A stretch of 64,000 nucleotides of DNA from a virus (Duplodnaviria; Caudoviricetes), in IMG/VR virus record IMGVR_UViG_2684622674_000004, positions 1-64,000 of that record. One strand, given 5' to 3'. The notes beneath the pieces were generated by a model that saw nothing but the letters and a program-made list of their open reading frames with translations, had not been told where the DNA came from and made no database searches. Below, piece after piece: positions 18,668-27,834 of the stretch. Every line of letters starts with the position of its first letter. The stretch's first letter is position 1. Made by a program: the position numbers and the translations under genes.

Positions 18668-19121
18668 ACAGAAGTATTTACTTCTAAACGAAAGCATCAG
18701 AAATAACGCAATAGCAGCCATCAGAAACACTCCGCTCGATTTCAAATCCCCCCGAGAAGTAATTATCCAGGAACCCAAGCGAAGCCTTCCACAGAATAAC
18801 AAAATGTGGCCGCTGCTTACTGACATTGCCGAGCAAGTTTTCTGGCATGGCGTGAAGTACAGCAAAGAGGACTGGAAGGATTTAATCACTGATCTTGTAG
18901 CAGAAACCAAGAAGCAGGAACGCAGGCAGGCACCGGGCATTACGGGTGGCTATGTCCGCTTTGGTCATCGCACAAGCCAGATGAGAAAGAGCGAGATGGT
19001 AGAAATTATCGAGGCTGCTTACTGGTTCGGCACTGAGCATAACGTGAAGTTTAGCGATGATGCCAAGCGAGATGTGGAGTGGGCCAACAGGTTCGGTGAC
19101 AAGGGGAAGGTGGCAGCATGA
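18660..19121 (+). CDS. ninB: NinB recombination protein
   Basis: RSLPQNNKMWPLLTDIAEQVFWHG, RTSQM motifs. Confidence 0.88.
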   Translation: MDKQKYLLLNESIRNNAIAAIRNTPLDFKSPREVIIQEPKRSLPQNNKMWPLLTDIAEQVFWHGVKYSKEDWKDLITDLVAETKKQERRQAPGITGGYVRFGHRTSQMRKSEMVEIIEAAYWFGTEHNVKFSDDAKRDVEWANRFGDKGKVAA

Positions 19122-19501
19122 AGTTATCGAAAAAACAGCGAGCAGAGCTGCGGGAAATGTTCGGCGGGAAGTGCGCTTACTGCGGTTGTGAACTCACTGA
19201 TAAATTCCATGCCGATCATATTCAACCAGTTATACGAACTGGCGGGGTGATGATTTATCAGGACAGAGACAATATTGAAAATATGGTTCCGTCATGCCAC
19301 CCATGCAATTTACACAAGCATTGCAATAGCTTGGAAGATTACCGAAGAATTATTGATGACGGCCGCAGAGAGTTTTTACGCTCAGGGAAGGGTAAGGCAC
19401 TCGTCAGAATGGGGCTTGTTGATATGAAGCCTGACTCGGTTATTTTCTGGTTTGAAAAATGGCGAGAGGAAAGTTCATGCGACAAAGGCAAAGCAGCATA
19501 G
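19118..19501 (+). CDS. HNH endonuclease
   Basis: CAYCG...HADH...N..PSCHPCN. Confidence 0.88.
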   Translation: MKLSKKQRAELREMFGGKCAYCGCELTDKFHADHIQPVIRTGGVMIYQDRDNIENMVPSCHPCNLHKHCNSLEDYRRIIDDGRREFLRSGKGKALVRMGLVDMKPDSVIFWFEKWREESSCDKGKAA

Positions 19502-19650
19502 TTGCAGTAATGGAAAACTCAATCTTCAAAGTATCCCACCGAACCAAGCCAACCAAGCCAATCCCCGCCAGCGAAATACCCACATATGACGCCATCTATC
19601 CGTTATTAGCTAAACGCTGGCTAAGACTCAGGAGTAGAAAGAATGCTTGA
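19477..19650 (+). CDS. ninE: NinE-like protein
   Basis: ENSIF..PIPASEIPTYD...KRW.R.R.R. Confidence 0.65.
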   Translation: MRQRQSSIVAVMENSIFKVSHRTKPTKPIPASEIPTYDAIYPLLAKRWLRLRSRKNA

Positions 19651-19774
19651 ACTACAGCGATCCGTCTGCGCGTTCTGCCGCGCCACACTGAAGCCTGATG
19701 AAGTTTATTCCTGCGACCAATGCGAACGTGAAAACGCTTCGAGAGAAATGCTGGAGGAAGATGATGGTGATTGA
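19643..19774 (+). CDS. ninF: NinF-like Cys-rich protein, 43 aa
   Basis: CAFCRATLKPDEVYSCDQC. Confidence 0.65.
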   Translation: MLELQRSVCAFCRATLKPDEVYSCDQCERENASREMLEEDDGD

Positions 19775-19851
19775 AATTATTGCAGTTACTGCGCTGGGGA
19801 TTTCCCTTATTCCGGCCGGACTACTCTCATACATCTGGTGGAGGATTATCC

Positions 19852-20142
19852 GTGGCTAATTTACGCAAAGAGGCTAGAGGCCGCGAGTGCCAAGTTAGGC
19901 TGCCTGGTATCTGTAACGGTAATAACGAAACTGTGGTGCTGGCCCACTACCGGCTATCGGGAATATGCGGTACCGGAATCAAGCCACCTGACCTTTTCGG
20001 CGCATGGTGCTGCTCTGCGTGTCATGACGAAATAGACCGTCGCACACACATCATGGATGTCGAGAGTGCGCACTTGGCTCACCTAGAGGGAATGGTGAGA
20101 ACGCAGGCAATTCTACTGTCGGAGAATAAGGTGAAGATATGA
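19852..20142 (+). CDS. DUF1364/YbcO-like putative nuclease
   Basis: GTG start after GGAGG; NLRKEARGRECQVR..CSACHDEID. Confidence 0.8.
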   Translation: MANLRKEARGRECQVRLPGICNGNNETVVLAHYRLSGICGTGIKPPDLFGAWCCSACHDEIDRRTHIMDVESAHLAHLEGMVRTQAILLSENKVKI

Positions 20143-20498
20143 CCGAATATCACATAACTCCCATACCCAAACCAAGGATGACACAGAGTGATAAATGGAA
20201 GAAAAGACCACCAGTTCTACGGTACCGAGCATTCTGCGATGAAGTAAGGCTAAATCGAATATCCCTCCCTGAATCACATTACCACGTAACTTTCGTAATC
20301 CCGATGCCACCAAGTTGGAGCAAAAAGAAGCGCTCCGAAATGGACGGCAAGCCACACCAAACCAAACCAGATAAAGACAACCTCGAAAAGGCGCTGCTTG
20401 ACGCCATTTTTGAAGACGACTGTCGTATTTGGGATGGTCGGGTAACAAAATTGTGGGGCGAAATTGGGAAGATAATCATTCAGGAGATGGCAGCATGA
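20139..20498 (+). CDS. rusA: RusA-family Holliday junction resolvase
   Basis: KPDKDNLEKALLDAIFEDD. Confidence 0.88.
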   Translation: MTEYHITPIPKPRMTQSDKWKKRPPVLRYRAFCDEVRLNRISLPESHYHVTFVIPMPPSWSKKKRSEMDGKPHQTKPDKDNLEKALLDAIFEDDCRIWDGRVTKLWGEIGKIIIQEMAA

Positions 20499-20722
20499 GC
20501 AAAATTACCTACCCATGTGAGACAGGTGCGATTTTTCAGGATGTAATTTTCGTTATTAACCCACGGAATTCATCTGAATTGCTCGGCGAAGCTGATAGGG
20601 CGGCTGAATTCTTTCTGAGTTACTTCCCATACGCAACTCTGGAAAATATCCGTGAAGAAATCGTATATAGCTTCGGCGGTCTATATCTGAACGACTTCCA
20701 GTTAATTCGGGAGGCAGTATGA
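20495..20722 (+). CDS. Hypothetical protein
   Basis: ATGA-coupled on both sides. Confidence 0.55.
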   Translation: MSKITYPCETGAIFQDVIFVINPRNSSELLGEADRAAEFFLSYFPYATLENIREEIVYSFGGLYLNDFQLIREAV

Positions 20723-21207
20723 ATGTAACTCAGTTAAAACTCACCAAAGAGCAGCACGACTGGATTAATGGCTGGCTTGAACTGTGGGGTGCATGGGTTT
20801 ACTCAGGGAGATTAGAGAAGCGCATGAGCAGCATTATAGCTCAGTACATGGCGACAGTAGAACCACAGAAATATCCAGATAGGCCGATGTGTAATGACGA
20901 TGACGGAATGTTGATTTCTCAGGTCGTAGATTCTGTCATGTACATTGATGCAAAGGCCTTCGGGATATTGATGAGCTACTACGTGAACAATTCAACTGAA
21001 TACGCAATATCAGTCTACAGCTACAAGAGTGCAAATCCCCGCAAGATAACCACGCGTGGAGGCAATCGATTTAAGCGCCCATCTCTCTCAACCTGCCGCA
21101 GAGAAGTTAAAGAAATATTGGAGGCCAGTGTCTTTATGATTTACCAACCGCTGCTATCTGCGATGAACAACCGCAAACGTGTAGGTAAAATCCAGAAAGT
21201 TGCATAG
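20719..21207 (+). CDS. Q: Late antiterminator Q, phage-21 family
   Basis: WLELWGAWVYSG, RPMCNDDDGMLISQVVD; followed by a 21-type pR'. Confidence 0.88.
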   Translation: MNVTQLKLTKEQHDWINGWLELWGAWVYSGRLEKRMSSIIAQYMATVEPQKYPDRPMCNDDDGMLISQVVDSVMYIDAKAFGILMSYYVNNSTEYAISVYSYKSANPRKITTRGGNRFKRPSLSTCRREVKEILEASVFMIYQPLLSAMNNRKRVGKIQKVA

Positions 21208-21213
21208 AAACTG

Positions 21214-21256
21214 TTGACACTTTTGAACAAATGAGCAATGATAAGTAGGTAAGGTG
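21214..21256 (+). promoter_or_regulatory. Late promoter pR' with Q-binding repeats
   Basis: TTGACA-CTT-TTGAACAA-ATGAGCAA-TGAT...TAAGGTG, resembling phage 21 pR'. Confidence 0.8.
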
Positions 21257-21291
21257 CCGTATCTGTCTTAAGTCGGTGCCGCAAGCGCAAA

Positions 21292-21320
21292 GAAGCCTCG
21301 GTTAATCGCCGGGGCTTTTG
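21292..21320 (+). terminator. tR' terminator
   Basis: AAGCCTCGG-TTAATCG-CCGGGGCTTTT. Confidence 0.8.
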
Positions 21321-21561
21321 CATTCTACATTCGCATGGGTACTGGATTGGTTAATCCAATCGTTGTGAAACAGTATCCAGCCGAATGCGTTAAGCTATTT
21401 CACTTATGCGTTAAGTAACTCCACGCACAACCATATCGAGCAAGTCCTCGGCATGTTGCCCTCATTGGCGAGGGTATCATTCATTAACTACATGAAAACA
21501 TTAACGTACGATTTTTAAGGCTGCCAATTTGGTGGCCTTTTTTATTTCTGGAGCCAGAACA

Positions 21562-21885
21562 ATGAAAACTTATATCGCTGGCCCCATGACTGGCTTGCCT
21601 AATTTCAATCGCTCTGCATTCAATGCGGCAGCCAAAGAGATATCGGCATCTGGTCACGTCCCGCTGAATCCAGCAATTCTCCCTGACGGATTATCTCAGC
21701 CTGACTACATGTGCATTTGCATGGCAATGCTTCAACGAGCTGATGCTATTTACATGCTTGATGGTTGGCAATCTAGTGCGGGTGCTCGGGCTGAATATGC
21801 TTTGGCTGAAAAGCTAGATATTGAGATTTTATTCCAAGACATGAGCATTGCGCAGATGTTAACGCGTAACGCCTCGTTTAAATAA
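21562..21885 (+). CDS. DUF4406 / nucleoside 2-deoxyribosyltransferase-like protein
   Basis: YIAGPMTGLPNFN, LNPA, DAIYMLDGWQSSAGARAE. Confidence 0.8.
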   Translation: MKTYIAGPMTGLPNFNRSAFNAAAKEISASGHVPLNPAILPDGLSQPDYMCICMAMLQRADAIYMLDGWQSSAGARAEYALAEKLDIEILFQDMSIAQMLTRNASFK

Positions 21886-22072
21886 TTTAGCCCGCCGCCA
21901 GCGCCAATCACCCTCAAACAAAAAACGTATCACCGCGCACCGCAATGCGCACATAACCACGTCGACCCCAACCCTTTGGAATGAGCCTTTGAGGAGTCAG
22001 TTAGTGCTGGCGAGCCTCGACGGGCTGATTTCCTATGCGGCAAAGGTTCATTTCAAAGTAAAGGTAAAACGC

Positions 22073-22600
22073 ATGAATCAAGTTCATATTAACTTTAATG
22101 ATTACTTTATTTATAACTCCATAGACGGAAGTCTTAGGTGGAAAGTTAGGCGTGGTGGCGTTGTTCCTGGAAGTTCTGCGGGGAGCGCTCATCGTAGTGG
22201 TTACTTGCGTGTAGGTCTAAGTGGAAAAACATACACAGTGCACAGGATTATTTGGGAAATGCATAACGGCCCAATACCGGAAGGAATGCAGATTGACCAT
22301 ATCGACCACAATCGTGTGAATAATAGGCTAGAGAATCTACGTATTGTAACCCCCTCACAAAATAGCAAGAACCGCACTCTTCAGGCTAACAATTCTAGAG
22401 GCGTTTGTGGAGTTGTTTGGGATAAATCCAAGCGTAAGTGGTACTCGCAGATAATGATTAATAAGAAGCAGATAAACCTCGGTAGATTTAATGATATTGA
22501 TGAAGCAATTTCAGCAAGAAAGGCTGCAGAAGTTGCGCTTGGATTTCACGTTAATCACGGTAAAGATAAAAAGCCAAACCCATTCATGGGTGCTGCATAA
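22073..22600 (+). CDS. HNH homing endonuclease with C-terminal AP2-like domain
   Basis: HRIIWEMHNG, IDHIDHNRVNNRLENL, LGRF...A..AR. Confidence 0.88.
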   Translation: MNQVHINFNDYFIYNSIDGSLRWKVRRGGVVPGSSAGSAHRSGYLRVGLSGKTYTVHRIIWEMHNGPIPEGMQIDHIDHNRVNNRLENLRIVTPSQNSKNRTLQANNSRGVCGVVWDKSKRKWYSQIMINKKQINLGRFNDIDEAISARKAAEVALGFHVNHGKDKKPNPFMGAA

Positions 22601-22773
22601 ATGACGGACGCTCTCATTTAAACATTCCAATAATTTATCCCACAGCCTAAACAGCCAATCTTCAAAACGCCCTCATCTATTAAAGGATGGCTGCGGCTGT
22701 GGGGTATTCCCTACACAACAGCATACGAACCCGACATACGCCGGGATTAATTTCCCCAATGGGGAGGCAGGAT

Positions 22774-23106
22774 ATGAAAATGCACAACTCCCCAGATGTA
22801 TGGACGCTGATAGTGACGTGGGTAGCAGAGCACAGAGGTGAATTACTGAGTGCCTTGGTTGCTGCGATTATGGCTTTGCTGCGCGGCTGGTATGCGGGCG
22901 GCGGGCGGACACAACGAATGCTTGATGCTGCGATGTGCTCAATCATTGCTTGGTTCCTAAAAGACATCTTTGTGCTGCTCAGTATCGACCAAGGTTGGGC
23001 AATGGTATCGAGCGTATTTATCGGTTACCTCGGCACTGACTATATCGGTTCGGTGCTTAAGCGCATCGTTGGCAACAAGACAGGGGCAGGCAATGCAAAC
23101 CAATAA
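22774..23106 (+). CDS. Lambda-family holin with dual start (Met-Lys-Met)
   Basis: Three hydrophobic segments; ATG AAA ATG at 22774/22780; CCCC-AAT-GGGG hairpin at the RBS. Confidence 0.88.
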   Translation: MKMHNSPDVWTLIVTWVAEHRGELLSALVAAIMALLRGWYAGGGRTQRMLDAAMCSIIAWFLKDIFVLLSIDQGWAMVSSVFIGYLGTDYIGSVLKRIVGNKTGAGNANQ

Positions 23107-23482
23107 ATTTAGCCAGCGCAGTGAAAATAACTTAAAAGGCGTTAACCCGGCATTGGTGAAAGTCGTTCGCCGTGCGCTGGAGTTATCGCCTGTTGATTTC
23201 GGCGTAACTGAGGGGCTTCGAACTGTAGAGCGACAAAAAGAGCTGGTAGCCAAGGGTGCCAGCCAGACGATGAATAGCCGACATATTACCGGTCACGCTA
23301 TCGACGTGTTTGCTTACCCAACTGCAACCGGGTCGTGGGAATGGAAATACTACGAGCAGATAGCAGGAGCATTCAAGCAGGCCGCTAAAGAGGTTGGCGT
23401 TCCTATCGAGTGGGGCGGTGACTGGAAGACGTTAAAAGATGGGCCTCACTTCCAGCTTCCACACAAAGAATATCCGGCATGA
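23093..23482 (+). CDS. Endolysin, M15 L-Ala-D-Glu peptidase
   Basis: SRHITGHAID, WGGDW..DGPHFQ. Confidence 0.92.
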   Translation: MQTNKFSQRSENNLKGVNPALVKVVRRALELSPVDFGVTEGLRTVERQKELVAKGASQTMNSRHITGHAIDVFAYPTATGSWEWKYYEQIAGAFKQAAKEVGVPIEWGGDWKTLKDGPHFQLPHKEYPA

Positions 23483-23937
23483 ACCGCGTAACGGCAATAC
23501 TCATTGCTGTAGCTGTGGCACTGCTATTCGGTGTGACTTATTACCAAGGGAGGGTAGCCACCCTTCAGCGTGACGTCGCAGAAATAACCGCAGTAGCCAA
23601 TCAGCAGAAGAAAGACCTTCAGCTCATCGAAACCCAGCGCCAAGCCGTAGCCGCTATCGATATCAAACACACCAAGGAGTTGGCAGATGCCAAATCTGAA
23701 AATGAGCGCCTTCGTGCTGATATCGCTAATGGCACTAAGCGGTTGCAGCTCAACGCCACATGTACAAAGTCAGTGTCCAAAACCACCGGCCCCGCCAGCG
23801 TCCCTGATGATGCCAGCGCCAGACTTACTAACGCCGCTGAGCGGGATTATCTCAGTCTCCGCGAGCGTATCGGAATTGCAACCAGTCAAATAAACGGCTT
23901 GCAGGCGTATATCAATAACGTATGCCTGGCTAAGTAG
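23479..23937 (+). CDS. Rz: Rz i-spanin
   Basis: N-terminal TM, coiled coil, lambda Rz-like C-terminus. Confidence 0.9.
   Translation: MNRVTAILIAVAVALLFGVTYYQGRVATLQRDVAEITAVANQQKKDLQLIETQRQAVAAIDIKHTKELADAKSENERLRADIANGTKRLQLNATCTKSVSKTTGPASVPDDASARLTNAAERDYLSLRERIGIATSQINGLQAYINNVCLAK
23687..23893 (+). CDS. Rz1: Rz1 o-spanin lipoprotein nested in Rz
   Basis: Lipobox LSGC, Pro-rich CPKPPAPPA. Confidence 0.85.
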   Translation: MPNLKMSAFVLISLMALSGCSSTPHVQSQCPKPPAPPASLMMPAPDLLTPLSGIISVSASVSELQPVK

Positions 23938-24015
23938 AATTCCCCCGACAAGGAATAGATAGCTTCTGAGCCTCGCAATAGCGGGGCTTTTTAACAATTA
24001 ACAAAGGTAAAGACG

Positions 24016-24327
24016 ATGGATGAAGATGATCGTAAAGGCCTGCAACTATGGTTCGGATTAGACCGCGCCTCTTTCTGTGTAATGCCAAGAGTATTCATGC
24101 AGGCAATGCCAGACGAGTGGCAAGAAAAGATGGCTGAGCTTTTGTTTGAGTATGACGAACGAATAGATACAACTGTGTGTGGTGTTCATAGTTGCTTTGT
24201 GACAGCTAAAGGTGCCGAAAATAAATTCATGAAGATGCCAGACGATATCATCAACTACCGCCATCCATCGCCAGAATTCATTTCATCATTCTTGAAGACC
24301 GCGCCAGAAAATAACCAGATTGTTTAA
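24016..24327 (+). CDS. Conserved hypothetical phage protein
   Basis: WFGLDRASFCVMPRVFMQAMPDEWQ; flanked by terminators. Confidence 0.7.
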   Translation: MDEDDRKGLQLWFGLDRASFCVMPRVFMQAMPDEWQEKMAELLFEYDERIDTTVCGVHSCFVTAKGAENKFMKMPDDIINYRHPSPEFISSFLKTAPENNQIV

Positions 24328-24627
24328 CCCCACTGGAGGTTGATCATTATCTTGGCGGCTCGGAAAGACGAGAAGTGGTGTAGCAACGCCGAGAGGAGTC
24401 GCAAAGCCGCGAATAGATAAGCTCAAATTTGAGCACATCTTCAAATATCAAGCCTCGCTTCGGTGGGGCTTTTTTGTACCTGCAATATCTCGTGCCATGC
24501 CCGGCACATTTCAAAGCATAGAGTCTTACAGAAACAAGCCTCGGAGAAATGCTGGTTTAGGCCGGTAGCCATCTCTGTGCGCTGGCGTTTCTGGGCAACG
24601 AGGCTCGTTTCTATAAGGTAACTACCG

Positions 24628-25176
24628 ATGAAAGAATTAACACTGTTCAATACCCCAGTTCGAATTGATGATGATGGGATGGTCTGTCTTACCGATATGT
24701 GGCAGATAGCAAAAGCAAGGGCCGAATCCGGCGATGATAAATTCTTATCGGGAAGGGATATAAACAACCTTCGCCCGTACAAATTTTCAAGACTTGAATC
24801 TACTCAGTTGTTTGTTAAGGAATTATCTAAATGGGATTTGAAAGCCCATTTAAAAACAGTGAGAGGTAAGCACGGCGGAACATTTGGTAGTCGTTATGTG
24901 GCATATGAGTTTGCAGGGCATATTGACCCGGCATTCAAAGTTGGCGTTTACACCGTTCTGGATAAATTCTTCTCCGGTGAATTGATATCACTTGCCAGCT
25001 TCATGGCTGACGCAAACATGATTGATCACGTTATCAAGGAAGAAAAGGCAGAAATAAGCCACTGCGCACGACAAATGAATTACTGGGGTATTGGTGGCAG
25101 GAAGAAACAGTTGCTTGATAAGCGAGAAGAGGTCTATGCCAAGCTGCAAATCAAGATCCCCGGACTGCCGTCATGA
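24628..25176 (+). CDS. KilA-N domain protein
   Basis: DGMVCLTDMW, RGKHGGTF, AYEFAGHIDPAF. Confidence 0.85.
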   Translation: MKELTLFNTPVRIDDDGMVCLTDMWQIAKARAESGDDKFLSGRDINNLRPYKFSRLESTQLFVKELSKWDLKAHLKTVRGKHGGTFGSRYVAYEFAGHIDPAFKVGVYTVLDKFFSGELISLASFMADANMIDHVIKEEKAEISHCARQMNYWGIGGRKKQLLDKREEVYAKLQIKIPGLPS

Positions 25177-25343
25177 CTAAAAATGAAAAGCAGCAACTGG
25201 AGACCATTTGCCGTTACTTGAAAGATGGTTTCCAGTATTTGAATTGTGGCCGGATATCTATTGGCTTATCGAATGTTGAGAAGGCTGAGGTCCTTCTCGA
25301 TGTTCTACTAGCGACGGAAGATCAGAATCAGGCAAAGAAATAA
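25173..25343 (+). CDS. Small hypothetical protein, 56 aa
   Basis: ATGA overlap with KilA-N; MTKNEKQQLETICRYL... Confidence 0.5.
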   Translation: MTKNEKQQLETICRYLKDGFQYLNCGRISIGLSNVEKAEVLLDVLLATEDQNQAKK

Positions 25344-25436
25344 GCAAAGTCCGCGTAAAACTAGAAACCCAAGGTTGAGAGCCACTTTCACAACGGCTCT
25401 CAATCATTACAGACATCCACTTTCAATGTCCTTATC

Positions 25437-25676
25437 TCACATAACAATAGAAACCCCTTGAGTAATAAAGCTTGCGCTTAATAGAGCTATGCCTATTTTT
25501 TGCATGATTTTTATTCTTTTATTTGCTCGAATGATTTTATCATTTTCATTTATTTCCTCTGTGCTTACAAAGTCAGACCCTTCCAATGGAATAAGAGAGT
25601 GACTGTAATAAAACATTATGGATGTGCCTAAAAAACCGAGGAAAACGGAAAAAAGCTGGAGGCATCTCGAAGTCAT
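25437..25676 (-). CDS. Small two-TM membrane protein (moron)
   Basis: AT-rich, antisense to the late operon, two hydrophobic stretches. Confidence 0.55.
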   Translation of the reverse strand: MTSRCLQLFSVFLGFLGTSIMFYYSHSLIPLEGSDFVSTEEINENDKIIRANKRIKIMQKIGIALLSASFITQGVSIVM

Positions 25677-25744
25677 GAAACTTAGTTCCAGTTAGGGAAA
25701 AAATTAGCTTACGTTGTGAATGTTAAAAACCATAGGAATTTATT

Positions 25745-26347
25745 ATGACCAAACCAGATTGGGAGGCCATCGAATCGGCATACCGAGCTGGCTTGATGTC
25801 CATCCGAGAAATAGCCTCACAGCATGGCATAACTCACGGCGCTATTAACAAGCGAGCAAAGCGTGACGGCTGGGAACGAGACCTTAAAGCGAAGATAAAA
25901 GCCAAGGCCGATTCTCTGGTATCCAAACGCGAGGTATCCACACAGGTATCCACCGAAAAGGCGTTATCTGAGCGGATACTGATTGAAGCAAACGCCGAGG
26001 TCATTGCTAACGTCCGTATGGAGCATCGTGGTGACATCCGGCGAGCCAGAGAGATAACCAACGCGCTATTTGATGAGTTGGGTGCTGAGTGCGCAGACAT
26101 TGAGGCTCTTCGCAAATTAGGCGAGTTGATGCTCCAGCCAGATGAGAATGGGCGTGACCGGCTGAATGAAATTTATCAGTCGATAATCGCACTGCCTGAG
26201 CGAGTCAAAGCAGTTAAGGCACTCAGTGACGCTATGAAGAACCTTATTGGCCTTGAGCGCCAAGCCTACGATATCGGCGAAGATAAAGGCGACAACGTTG
26301 TTAGTAAACTCTCCGACCTGATGGATTCATTGTCTCAGGGGGCTTAA
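25745..26347 (+). CDS. terS: Terminase small subunit
   Basis: PDWEAIESAYRAG HTH; directly upstream of terL. Confidence 0.85.
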   Translation: MTKPDWEAIESAYRAGLMSIREIASQHGITHGAINKRAKRDGWERDLKAKIKAKADSLVSKREVSTQVSTEKALSERILIEANAEVIANVRMEHRGDIRRAREITNALFDELGAECADIEALRKLGELMLQPDENGRDRLNEIYQSIIALPERVKAVKALSDAMKNLIGLERQAYDIGEDKGDNVVSKLSDLMDSLSQGA

Positions 26348-27834
26348 TGAAACCTGAGCACCTCAAGCTGTTGGCAGATAAAGACTGGCGGCTGAATAAT
26401 CTTTACTGGATCACCGACAAAGAAGGTAAGCCAATCCGCTTCAGGATGACGCCTGAACAGCGTGAATACTTCGAAGGTATCCACACTCGCAATATCATTC
26501 TTAAAGCTCGTCAGCTTGGTTTCACGACTGAGGTTTGCATTATTCAGTTGGATGCCGCGCTGTTCGAGTCTGCTAAATGCGCTTTGATTGCCCACACATT
26601 GAATGACGCCAGGCGGTTGTTTCGCGAAAAGGTGAAATACGCCTACGACAAGTTGCCCGATGAAATCAAAGCAGCCAATCCGGCAAGTAATGATTCCGCT
26701 GGCGAGTTGGTGTTTAACAAAGGCGGCTCACTTTACGTCAGCACCTCATTCCGTGGCGGTACGCTGCGTTACCTGCATGTTTCAGAGTTCGGCAAGATAT
26801 GCGCTAAGTATCCCGATAAGGCACGTGAGATTGTCACTGGTGCGTTTGAGGCGGTATCGACTGGATGCTTTGCCACTATAGAAAGCACTGCTGAAGGCCG
26901 CGCTGGTTACTTCTTTGATTACTGCCAGACTGCTGAGAAAGCTCAGTTGCAGGGCAAGAAATTATCCCCGCTGGATTGGAAGTTTTTTTTCTTCTCTTGG
27001 TGGAAGAATCCGCAGTACGCAATTGACCCAGTTGAGGCTTTGCCACAGCGACTAGTTGATTACTTTGCTGAGATGGAAGCTAAACACGGCGTTAATTTGA
27101 ACGAGCGCCAGAAAGCCTGGTACTACGCCAAAGAAAAAACGCTCGGCGATGACATGAATCGGGAATATCCAACTATTCCGGCCGAAGCATTCCAGCAATC
27201 AGTCGAAGGCGCTTATTACGCCAAACAGTTCCGCTGGCTCTACACCAATAAGCGGATCTACAAATTACCTGATAACTCACATCTACCGGTTCACACGTTC
27301 TGGGATATCGGCGTGGGCGACTCTACAGCCATCTGGTTTGTGCGTGAGGTTGGCGAAGAGTTCCACGTCATCGACTACTACGAAAACTCCGGTGAAGGTC
27401 TACGGCACTATATGAAGGTGCTGAAAGACAAAGGTTATGAATACGGTGACCACTGGGGGCCGCACGACATAGAAAACCGTGAATTCGGCTCTGATGCTAA
27501 GTCTCGTAAAGAACTGGCGCGGGAAGGTTACGAAATCGATGGGCAAGTTTACTCAATGACATTCAAAGTGGTGCCGAAAACTGGCGTTGATACTGGTATC
27601 GAGTCAGTACGCGAAATCCTCCCGAAATGTGTCTTTGACGATGAGAAGTGCGCTGAAGGCATTACTCACCTCGAAGGCTACCGGAAAGAATGGGACGACA
27701 AGCGCGGTTGCTGGAAAGACAAACCACTTCACGACCACACATCTCACGGCTCTGATGGATTCCGTTACTTTGCTGTAGCGAAGAACAACAAGCGCCAAGA
27801 AGCATTCAGTATCAACATGAGAACCGCATATTAA
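26347..27834 (+). CDS. terL: Terminase large subunit
   Basis: LKARQLGFTT Walker A, ESTAEG, WDIG nuclease, SHGSDGFRY. Confidence 0.95.
   Translation: MKPEHLKLLADKDWRLNNLYWITDKEGKPIRFRMTPEQREYFEGIHTRNIILKARQLGFTTEVCIIQLDAALFESAKCALIAHTLNDARRLFREKVKYAYDKLPDEIKAANPASNDSAGELVFNKGGSLYVSTSFRGGTLRYLHVSEFGKICAKYPDKAREIVTGAFEAVSTGCFATIESTAEGRAGYFFDYCQTAEKAQLQGKKLSPLDWKFFFFSWWKNPQYAIDPVEALPQRLVDYFAEMEAKHGVNLNERQKAWYYAKEKTLGDDMNREYPTIPAEAFQQSVEGAYYAKQFRWLYTNKRIYKLPDNSHLPVHTFWDIGVGDSTAIWFVREVGEEFHVIDYYENSGEGLRHYMKVLKDKGYEYGDHWGPHDIENREFGSDAKSRKELAREGYEIDGQVYSMTFKVVPKTGVDTGIESVREILPKCVFDDEKCAEGITHLEGYRKEWDDKRGCWKDKPLHDHTSHGSDGFRYFAVAKNNKRQEAFSINMRTAY

Noticed and set aside
24325-24420. HDV-like, twister or hammerhead ribozyme
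   Set aside because: GCGAAT resembles HDV J4/2, but the P3/L3/P1.1 geometry does not fit and there is no CUGAUGA/GAAA core.
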